This document shows positions 45,107 through 52,140 of a stretch of DNA of 52,140 nucleotides, piece after piece. Under the pieces are notes generated by a model that saw nothing but the letters and a program-made list of their open reading frames with translations, ran no database searches and was not told the origin of the DNA. The translations under genes were made by a program, and so were the position numbers. Positions within the stretch are counted from its first letter, which is position 1; every line of letters begins with the position of its first letter. The stretch spans positions 15,924-68,063 of the forward strand of contig QQSA01000021.1 in NCBI GenBank assembly GCA_003602535.1, read 5' to 3'. Source of the DNA: Candidatus Poseidoniales archaeon (GTDB lineage Archaea > Thermoplasmatota > Poseidoniia > Poseidoniales > Poseidoniaceae).

Positions 45107-45778
45107 ATGATGAGCGACAATAAGAGTACACTAAGACGCATTATCGACCGTAACGTCGAGCGCCACCTTGTCAAGGAATTCTTGATGAATAATACCAAGA
45201 AAGCTGGATTCGGCGGATTGGATATTCGCAGAACACCTAACGGTACAGAAGTAACAGTCAAGGCAGAACGCCCTGGAATGGTTATTGGCCGAAAAGGTAA
45301 GATTATCAATGATCTTCAGAAACAACTCGATGAAAGATTTAGTCTTGAAAACCCTCGTCTAAAGGTCGACGAAGTAGAAGATGCAGCATTGAATGCACAA
45401 GTTATGGCTGAGAAGATTGCAAGCGCTATGGAGCGTGGATGGTATTACCGCCGTGCGGGCCACTCTGCTGCTCTCAACATTATGGAAGCTGGAGCACGTG
45501 GTGTAATCATCACTCTTGCAGGTAAGCTAACTGGAAGCAGAAACAGAACACAGAAGTTCATTCGTGGACACGTAAAGTACTGTGGAGAAACAGCATTGGA
45601 ACACATGGATGTTGGTTACTCAGTATGTATCAAGAAATTAGGTACAATCGGAGTTACAGTAGCAATCATGCGTAAAGGAACCAAACTTCCTCATGAAATC
45701 ACAATCTACTCTGAAGAACAACTGAGAATGAATGCAGAAGCAGCAGAAGATGCTCCAGTCGAGGAGGGATCTGAGTGA
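45107..45778 (+). CDS. rps3: 30S ribosomal protein S3
   Basis: RPGMVIGRKG, ERGWYYRRAG, KKLGTIGV. Confidence 0.97.
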   Translation: MMSDNKSTLRRIIDRNVERHLVKEFLMNNTKKAGFGGLDIRRTPNGTEVTVKAERPGMVIGRKGKIINDLQKQLDERFSLENPRLKVDEVEDAALNAQVMAEKIASAMERGWYYRRAGHSAALNIMEAGARGVIITLAGKLTGSRNRTQKFIRGHVKYCGETALEHMDVGYSVCIKKLGTIGVTVAIMRKGTKLPHEITIYSEEQLRMNAEAAEDAPVEEGSE

Positions 45779-45966
45779 CCCATGTTTCAAACAGAGAAAT
45801 CGCTTCAATGAGCGCAGATGCTCTCAAAGATAGATTAACAGAGCTGCAAGAAGAACTTCTGCAACTTCGTGCTGAACAGTCACTTGGTGGAACCCCTTCC
45901 AATATGGGTGCTTTCAAGGCTTGTCGACGCTCAATAGCGCGTATCAAGACTAAGATGGCTGAATGA
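45775..45966 (+). CDS. rpl29: 50S ribosomal protein L29
   Basis: RRSIARIKT; position after S3. Confidence 0.92.
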   Translation: MTHVSNREIASMSADALKDRLTELQEELLQLRAEQSLGGTPSNMGAFKACRRSIARIKTKMAE

Positions 45967-45996
45967 TATTATCAAATTAAAAGAGAAAGGAGGTGA

Positions 45997-46302
45997 ATGA
46001 AAATGGCTGCAATGTGCAATGTATGTGGACTTCCTTTCGAATTATGCATTTGTCAAGAGATTGCTAAGGAGCAACAAAAAGCCACTATCAGCACCGACCG
46101 CCGACGCTACGGCAAGATTGTTACTAAAGTCGAAGGAATCGATGATTCAGCTATCGACATAAATCAACTTGCTAAACTGTTGAAGAATAGGTGTGCTGCT
46201 GGTGGAACTGTTAAAGGACGTGTGATTGAACTTCAAGGAGATCACAAGAAAAAAGCTGCAGCGGTTCTTTCAAACAATGGATTCAATGTGGAGGTGCGAT
46301 AA
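45997..46302 (+). CDS. Translation initiation factor SUI1 (aIF1)
   Basis: CNVCGLP, RRRYGK, GGTVK, IELQGDH. Confidence 0.95.
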   Translation: MKMAAMCNVCGLPFELCICQEIAKEQQKATISTDRRRYGKIVTKVEGIDDSAIDINQLAKLLKNRCAAGGTVKGRVIELQGDHKKKAAAVLSNNGFNVEVR

Positions 46303-46303
46303 G

Positions 46304-46567
46304 ATGGTTAACGCACTTCTGAATCAATCTTGGATAGGACGTGACATGATTGTTACTTCTTCTCCAGATATTGGACTAGTTGGACGTAGCGGTTTAATCG
46401 TTGACGAAACTAGAGAAACCATCACTTTGTTAGAGAATAATCGTGAAGTTATTCTTAGCAAGAGTTCTATCGAATTCAATCTAGGTGGCAGCGATGCCAC
46501 CATCGTTGGAATGTTGATGCGGCAACGTTCCGAGGACAGAATATACCGCAATTATAGGAGTGAGTGA
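46304..46567 (+). CDS. rnp1: Ribonuclease P protein component 1 (Rpp29)
   Basis: WIG...G.IVDET, RSEDRI; conserved position between SUI1 and S17. Confidence 0.88.
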   Translation: MVNALLNQSWIGRDMIVTSSPDIGLVGRSGLIVDETRETITLLENNREVILSKSSIEFNLGGSDATIVGMLMRQRSEDRIYRNYRSE

Positions 46568-46908
46568 TTACGATGCGCGACATCGGAGTTGATGTGAAAC
46601 CCCCTGCCGGTGAGTGGGATGGAGATGAGAACTGCCCGTTCTACGGGTCCCTGCGCCTACGCGGCCAGGTACTTGAAGGAACAGTAGCAGGAGTAGGAAT
46701 GCTGAGAACAATAGTTGTCGAAAGAGACAATGTTCGTTACATGCAGAAATATGAGAGATATGAAAAGCGCACAAGTGCACTTTCTGCTCATCTTCCAAAT
46801 TGTATTGGCGGAGTAGAAATTGGTGACAGAGTGAAAATCATGGAATGCCGTCCGCTTTCCAAGACAGTTTCATTCTGTGTCATCGAGAACAACGGAGGTG
46901 AGGCTTGA
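46564..46908 (+). CDS. rps17: 30S ribosomal protein S17
   Basis: CPFYG, KYERYEKR, ECRPLSKT. Confidence 0.96.
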   Translation: MITMRDIGVDVKPPAGEWDGDENCPFYGSLRLRGQVLEGTVAGVGMLRTIVVERDNVRYMQKYERYEKRTSALSAHLPNCIGGVEIGDRVKIMECRPLSKTVSFCVIENNGGEA

Positions 46909-47306
46909 TGCGTGGAATCGCAGGTAAGCAAACCCGTGGTCTGCCTACAATGGCTAGATTGCAAGTGGCCGATAACACAGGAGCTAAGATCGCTCAACTG
47001 ATCAACGTTCGCAAGTTAGGTGGCACAATGCGCCGTTATCCAGCAGCAGGCGTTGGAGACTTGATCAAAGTTTCAGTAAAGCGTGGTACTCCTGAAACAC
47101 GTCGACAAATGTTCAACGCAGTAGTAATCCGCCAACGCCGTCCATTCCGTAGAGTCGACGGTACTTGGGTCCAATTCGAAGACAATGCTTGTGTCATTAC
47201 AAATGAAAAAGGCGATGTCCAAGGTTCCGATATCAAAGGGCCTGTATCACGTGAGGCAGCAGAACGCTGGCCTCGTATCGCAGCAACTGCGAAACAGATC
47301 GTATGA
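46908..47306 (+). CDS. rpl14: 50S ribosomal protein L14
   Basis: ADNTGAK, FEDNACV, KGPVSREAA. Confidence 0.97.
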   Translation: MRGIAGKQTRGLPTMARLQVADNTGAKIAQLINVRKLGGTMRRYPAAGVGDLIKVSVKRGTPETRRQMFNAVVIRQRRPFRRVDGTWVQFEDNACVITNEKGDVQGSDIKGPVSREAAERWPRIAATAKQIV

Positions 47307-47315
47307 GGTGATTCA

Positions 47316-47723
47316 ATGGTTAAGAGCAGCAAACCAGGAAAGCAACGCAAAGCACAAGCTAATGCGCCTATGCACATCAAGCGCAAGCGTGTACGCGCTC
47401 GCCTATTATTAGACAAGCCAGACGCACGTCTTGCAGGACTACGTTCCGTCACAGTCCGTGTCGGTGATACAGTACGTGTAGTTCGCGGAGATTTTGCACA
47501 CGGTGGCAAGAGAGTTGGTGGCAAGCGAAATGCAGATCCATTAACTGGTAAAGTTCTCAATGTAGAATCCAATACTGGTCGTATCTTCGTAGAAGGTGCT
47601 ACCGCTACAAAATCAGACAACAGAGAAGAAGCAGTGCCGGTCCACTGCTCGAACGTCGTCGTCGTTAAGTTAGACGAGACGGACAAGTTGCGAATGCAAC
47701 ATTTGACCGCAGATAGGAGTTGA
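47316..47723 (+). CDS. rpl24: 50S ribosomal protein L24
   Basis: PGKQRK, GDTVRVVRG, HCSNV. Confidence 0.95.
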   Translation: MVKSSKPGKQRKAQANAPMHIKRKRVRARLLLDKPDARLAGLRSVTVRVGDTVRVVRGDFAHGGKRVGGKRNADPLTGKVLNVESNTGRIFVEGATATKSDNREEAVPVHCSNVVVVKLDETDKLRMQHLTADRS

Positions 47724-47728
47724 ATGAA

Positions 47729-48430
47729 ATGGGAAGTAGTAGTCATTTGAAGCGATTGGCCATCCCTCGTAGCTGGCCTCTTCCACGTAAGACAACAGTT
47801 TGGGTAACACGTCCACGTGCAGGTGCTCATAGTCTTGAGAGATGCATGCCTTTGAATATTGTAATCCGAGATGTTATCGGTCTTGCTAGATCCACCCGTG
47901 AAGTTAGAACAATACTGCACAACGGCCTTGCTAAGGTCGATGGCCGTGTTGTCAAAGACACACGCCGTGGAGTAGGAATAATGGATGTTCTAACTTTAGG
48001 AGAAGAAAATTACCGCTGTGTATTAGACACAAATGGTCGTCTAAGGTACAGAGCAATTTCTGCTGAAGAAGCTGGTTGGAAAGTTTGCCGTGTTGAAGGC
48101 AAATCTACAATCAAGGGAGGAAAGACTCAGGTTCACCTTCACGATGGACGTAACATCTTGGTAGATGATGCGTCTGAACACAAGACTGGAGATTCACTGA
48201 AGATTTCACTTCCAGATCAAAAGGTTCTCGAACACATAAAGTTCGGTGAAGGAACCAGATGTATGCTGGTTGGTGGAGTTCACGTTGGAAAACTTGCAGA
48301 CGTCACCGATGTTATCGTAAAGCGTTCAAGTATGCCTAATGAAGTTGAATTTGATGGATTCGGAACAATTACTGACAACGTATTCTCAGTCGGTAGCTGT
48401 GTTCTACCTGGTGTGGAGGTGAGCCAATGA
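47729..48430 (+). CDS. rps4e: 30S ribosomal protein S4e
   Basis: HLKRLA, VDGRV, LHDGRN. Confidence 0.96.
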   Translation: MGSSSHLKRLAIPRSWPLPRKTTVWVTRPRAGAHSLERCMPLNIVIRDVIGLARSTREVRTILHNGLAKVDGRVVKDTRRGVGIMDVLTLGEENYRCVLDTNGRLRYRAISAEEAGWKVCRVEGKSTIKGGKTQVHLHDGRNILVDDASEHKTGDSLKISLPDQKVLEHIKFGEGTRCMLVGGVHVGKLADVTDVIVKRSSMPNEVEFDGFGTITDNVFSVGSCVLPGVEVSQ

Positions 48431-48954
48431 GTGAGTCAGTTAACCCAATGGCGGTTCCACAAATTTCCAAGGTAGTAGTCAACATTGGTGTTGGTGAAGG
48501 TGGAGATCGCCTATCCAATGCTGAAAAGGTTCTAAACTTGGTAACCGGAGTTACTCCTGTCAGAACATTAGGTAAGCAACAGAACCGTGACCTCAAGGTA
48601 CGTGTAGGATTCCCAATTGGGTGTAAGGCTACAATGAGGGACTCGGAATCAATCAATAAATTCCTCAAAGATGCATTTTGGGTTCGTGAGAACATTATCC
48701 CAACTTGGAACTTTGACAGAACTGGAAACCTTTCTTTTGGAATTCCAGATTATACTGACTTACCTGAACAAAAATATGATCCAGATATCGGTATCTTTGG
48801 CATGGACATCAATGTCGTGCTTGAGAGGCCTGGCCACCGTGTCAGTCGTCGCCGACGTCGTAGTGCAAAAGTTGCACAGAGCCACCGAACCAATGCTGAT
48901 GAAGCCAGAGCATGGTTTGTTGAGAATTTTGGCATCACAATCTTGGAGGAGTGA
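48427..48954 (+). CDS. rpl5: 50S ribosomal protein L5
   Basis: [27 protein letters not shown]. Confidence 0.97.
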   Translation: MSESVNPMAVPQISKVVVNIGVGEGGDRLSNAEKVLNLVTGVTPVRTLGKQQNRDLKVRVGFPIGCKATMRDSESINKFLKDAFWVRENIIPTWNFDRTGNLSFGIPDYTDLPEQKYDPDIGIFGMDINVVLERPGHRVSRRRRRSAKVAQSHRTNADEARAWFVENFGITILEE

Positions 48955-48956
48955 AA

Positions 48957-49109
48957 ATGGCACGAGACCATGGTGAAAATATTGGAAGAACAAACGGATG
49001 CCGCAGATGTGGACGCCGCCGAGGAATGATTCGCCGTCATGGACTACGACTATGCAGGCAGTGTTTCCGCGATGTAGCTCCAGAAATAGGATTTAAGAAA
49101 ATGAATTGA
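48957..49109 (+). CDS. rps14: 30S ribosomal protein S14 (50 aa, missed by the ORF track)
   Basis: Manual translation [50 protein letters not shown]. Confidence 0.95.
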   Translation: MARDHGENIGRTNGCRRCGRRRGMIRRHGLRLCRQCFRDVAPEIGFKKMN

Positions 49110-49116
49110 GGTGATT

Positions 49117-49509
49117 ATGATGCAGTTTGACCCCCTTAATGATGCACTAGCTAAACTCTACAATGCAGAGCAAGCTGGTAAATACAACGTAGACCTCTCT
49201 CCAGCTTCCAAGTTGCTTGGATCTGTTCTAGAGATAATGCAAACCTCCGGCTATGTCGGAGAGATTGAGAAGAACGACGACGGACGTGGAGGAAGTTACA
49301 TCGTGCAACTTCGTGGCGCCATAAACGAATGTGGTGTTGTTAAGCCACGCCACTCAGTCCGCCGCCAGGAGTTCGATAAGTGGGAAGGTCGCTACCTTCC
49401 TGCACAAGATTTCGGGCTACTGATTTTGACTACTAACAGTGGTATTATGCACCACAAAGATGCAAAGGAAAGCCGAATTGGCGGTAAACTCCTTGCATAT
49501 GTTTTCTGA
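49117..49509 (+). CDS. rps8: 30S ribosomal protein S8
   Basis: DPLNDAL, DGRGG, INECGVVKPR, GGKLLAY. Confidence 0.97.
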   Translation: MMQFDPLNDALAKLYNAEQAGKYNVDLSPASKLLGSVLEIMQTSGYVGEIEKNDDGRGGSYIVQLRGAINECGVVKPRHSVRRQEFDKWEGRYLPAQDFGLLILTTNSGIMHHKDAKESRIGGKLLAYVF

Positions 49510-49519
49510 GGTGATTAGG

Positions 49520-50059
49520 ATGGTAAAATTAGACCGAATTGAACACACAGTAGAAATTCCAGAAGGAGTTTCTGCAACGATTGATGGTGACATGGTCACT
49601 ATCACAGGACCTAAGGGTAACCTATCTAGGGAATTTGCTAGTGCTAGACACGACATTTTCCAAGAGGGTGGCGCTTTACTAGTTCGCATCGATCTTCCTC
49701 GTCGTAAAGAGAGAGCTCTTGCAGGAACATGGAATGCACACTTGAACAATATGGTAAAGGGAGTTACAGAAGGCTTCACATACAAATTGAAGGCACTTTA
49801 CTCTCACTTCCCTATGACATTAGCAGTAAAGGGTAACGAATTCGTAGTAAACAATTACTTTGGAGAGCGCGTCCCAAGGTCTGCTGTAATCCTCAACGGC
49901 GTCGAAGTTAAGGTTCAGAACAAGACTGAAGTGACAGTCAGTGGTATGGACAAGGAAGCAGTTGGACAAACTGCGGCCAACATCGAACGTTGCACTACCG
50001 TAAAGAAGCGTGACAGGCGTGTATTCCAAGATGGAATTTACCTGATCGAGAAGGCATGA
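49520..50059 (+). CDS. rpl6: 50S ribosomal protein L6
   Basis: GPKG, YSHFP, DRRVFQDGIY. Confidence 0.97.
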   Translation: MVKLDRIEHTVEIPEGVSATIDGDMVTITGPKGNLSREFASARHDIFQEGGALLVRIDLPRRKERALAGTWNAHLNNMVKGVTEGFTYKLKALYSHFPMTLAVKGNEFVVNNYFGERVPRSAVILNGVEVKVQNKTEVTVSGMDKEAVGQTAANIERCTTVKKRDRRVFQDGIYLIEKA

Positions 50060-50072
50060 TGGAGGAATTGAG

Positions 50073-50714
50073 ATGAGTGATTACGAAAATATGACTGTTG
50101 CTGAACTCAAGGAGTTGCTAAAAGAAGCAGGATTGCCTGTTTCTGGAAAGAAAGCAGACTTGATCGCACGCCTACAAGATGGTGCAGAAGAAACTGCTCC
50201 TGCAGAAGAGGAAATCGTAGAAGAAGAAATCGACGATGAAGTTGATGACGATGACTATGATGACGAAGACTGGGATGATGAGGAATTCGATGAAGAACAC
50301 GTCGCTCGTCAGAAACCAATTCTATCTGATGATATGAAGGCAGCATTAGCATTGCGTGCTGCTCAGAAGAAAGGAACCCCTTCTTTCCGTAGAACCGAAT
50401 GGTTCCGTTACAAGCGTCTATCACGTTCCGGATGGAGAAAACCTCACGGTATGGATAACAAGCAACGCCGCAATTACAAGTATCGTGGTTCTCTTGTAAG
50501 AATTGGACATGGTAAGGTGAAGGCAGCAAATGGTCTACACCCATCAGGTTTCGAAGAAGTTATGGTTCACAATTCTAGTGACTTAGACAGTATGGATGCT
50601 GAGACACAAGCAGCACGTGTTGGCGCTACAGTCGGCGGTCGCAAGCGAGAGATTATTCACTCACGTGCGGATGAATTAGGAATTAGAGTACTAAATCGCA
50701 GGAGGGATCGCTGA
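50073..50714 (+). CDS. rpl32e: 50S ribosomal protein L32e with N-terminal SAP-like domain and acidic linker
   Basis: WRKPHG, GLHPSGF, RVLN; N-terminal MTVAELKELLKEAGLPVSGKKADLIARL. Confidence 0.95.
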   Translation: MSDYENMTVAELKELLKEAGLPVSGKKADLIARLQDGAEETAPAEEEIVEEEIDDEVDDDDYDDEDWDDEEFDEEHVARQKPILSDDMKAALALRAAQKKGTPSFRRTEWFRYKRLSRSGWRKPHGMDNKQRRNYKYRGSLVRIGHGKVKAANGLHPSGFEEVMVHNSSDLDSMDAETQAARVGATVGGRKREIIHSRADELGIRVLNRRRDR

Positions 50715-51172
50715 TGCAGATAACTAATCAAAAGAAGATGGCAGCTCAAATTCTAAAGTGCGGTGTTCACCGTGTTTGGATTAACCCTTCTTACCTAGAC
50801 CAGGTTGCACAATCTGTTCAGAAAGAAGATATCCGCGAAGCTATCGATAATGGATGGATTAAGGCTAAGGCAATCAAGGGAACTTCCCGTGTCCGTGCTC
50901 TTAAGCGTCAGGAACAGAAGCAGAAAGGACGTCAAAAAGGTCAAGGAAAAAGATCCGGTTCTGCCAATGCTCGTAATCCTCGAAAGCAGCAATGGATGGC
51001 TACAATCCGTGCTCAAAGGCGCACCCTGAAAGGAATGCGTGAAGATGGAACTCTGAAGAGTTCACAATACCGCCACTATTACCTAAAGGCAAAAGGTGGA
51101 TCTTACCGTTCAATAGCTCATATGAAGGCTCAGATGGGTGTTGAAGGAATCTCCATTGGAGGTGATGAGTGA
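50714..51172 (+). CDS. rpl19e: 50S ribosomal protein L19e
   Basis: CGVHRVW, GTSRVRA, YLKAKGG. Confidence 0.96.
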   Translation: MQITNQKKMAAQILKCGVHRVWINPSYLDQVAQSVQKEDIREAIDNGWIKAKAIKGTSRVRALKRQEQKQKGRQKGQGKRSGSANARNPRKQQWMATIRAQRRTLKGMREDGTLKSSQYRHYYLKAKGGSYRSIAHMKAQMGVEGISIGGDE

Positions 51173-51684
51173 TGGCTAACGGACCACGACAACGCAATCA
51201 ATACCGTCGCCGAAGATCTGGTGAAACAGATTATCGCCGCCGTCTAAAACTACTGAAGAGTGGAATCTCTCGTGCAGTGGTTAGAATTTCCAATACTCGT
51301 GTTGTATGCCAAGTAGTCTCTTGGGAGAGAGATGGAGACAAAGTCGAGTTGACTGTTACTGGCGATGATTTGGTATCTCGCTACGGATGGCCAGAATCAA
51401 ACTCTCGCAAAAATATTCCAGCATCCTATCTAGTAGGCTACGCTCTCGGAAAGTCCGCACTTGCTGCAGGACATGATGAAGCAGTGCTTGACATTGGATT
51501 GGCTGCTAGTACAAACGGAAACCGTGTGTTCGCTGCTCTGAAAGGAATGGTTGATGCAGGATTAGAGATACCTCATGGGGAATCTGTACTTCCTGGAGAA
51601 GACCGCCTGAACGGTGCGCACATAGACGATTCTTATGCTTCAACAGTTGAAGCAACCAAGTCAAAGATTGAGGAGGCGTTCTGA
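51172..51684 (+). CDS. rpl18: 50S ribosomal protein L18
   Basis: RRRSGETDY, LDIGL, ALKGMVDAGL. Confidence 0.96.
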   Translation: MANGPRQRNQYRRRRSGETDYRRRLKLLKSGISRAVVRISNTRVVCQVVSWERDGDKVELTVTGDDLVSRYGWPESNSRKNIPASYLVGYALGKSALAAGHDEAVLDIGLAASTNGNRVFAALKGMVDAGLEIPHGESVLPGEDRLNGAHIDDSYASTVEATKSKIEEAF

Positions 51685-51685
51685 T

Positions 51686-52140
51686 ATGAGTGAAGATACA
51701 TCCCAGATGGCACCGGGTCTGATTAAGGCCTTTGCACCAGTAGAAGAAGAGCAAAACGATGGAGGCCGCCGCCGCCGTCGCACATCAGCTGATGAAGCAA
51801 TATCTGCTCTACGATCATGGTCGCCTAAGACACGTCTAGGCCGTGAAGTAATGGCGGGTCGAATCGTAACTTACGAGCAAGCATTAGCGTCTGGTTTACC
51901 AATTCGTGAAGTTGAAATCGTAGATGCACTGATTCCAAATCTAGAAGATGAAGTTATCAAAGTAAATATGGTTCAAAGAATGACTGACTCTGGACGTCGT
52001 GTTCGATTCAATGTTATGGCCTGTGTCGGTAACAAAGACGGATATGTCGGTTTAGCAATGGCTAAGGGCAAGGAAGTTGCTCAAACTATCCGCAAGGCTC
52101 TTACTGCTGCTAAACTAAGTCTAATTCAAATTCAGCGTGG
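51686..52140 (+). CDS. rps5: 30S ribosomal protein S5, truncated by the window end
   Basis: Manual translation ...WSPKTRLG...EVEIVDAL...VQRMTDSGRRVRF...VGNKDGYVG. Confidence 0.95.
   Translation, partial: MSEDTSQMAPGLIKAFAPVEEEQNDGGRRRRRTSADEAISALRSWSPKTRLGREVMAGRIVTYEQALASGLPIREVEIVDALIPNLEDEVIKVNMVQRMTDSGRRVRFNVMACVGNKDGYVGLAMAKGKEVAQTIRKALTAAKLSLIQIQR

Noticed and set aside
47036-47920. 294-aa antisense ORF across L14/L24/S4e
   Set aside because: Codon-bias shadow of highly expressed ribosomal genes.

Overview
Archaeal chromosomal window. It carries a thermosome, a Hef helicase-nuclease, an archaeal L3-L4-L23...L18-S5 ribosomal cluster with SUI1 and Rpp29, and an intron-containing tRNA-Trp. 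The many membrane-anchored acidic-repeat exoproteins and their characteristic C-terminal tails point to a Marine Group II euryarchaeon (Ca. Poseidoniales); this taxonomy is inference. The left 23 kb is an accessory cell-surface region: two SGNH-type exoenzymes, a kexin-like protease, a PIG-O/PIG-G-like phosphotransferase, a ferritin-like protein and a CD36/LIMP-2-like two-TM protein. The middle holds three tRNAs, an unannotated L41e, pirin, a subtilase, an aminotransferase and a large surface protein. The right part is housekeeping. Strongest leads: (1) an intact operon encoding a ferredoxin-flavodoxin fused to a cysteine-free SdhB fold, plus a CCG/HdrB-fold partner that has lost nearly all Fe-S ligands; (2) an archaeal CD36/scavenger-receptor-like protein; (3) a GPI ethanolamine-phosphate-transferase-like protein; (4) a structured rpl3 leader whose promoter spacing and 5' hairpin match those of the pseudo-Sdh operon. 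All homology calls come from motif recognition by eye against remembered family consensus; no searches were run.
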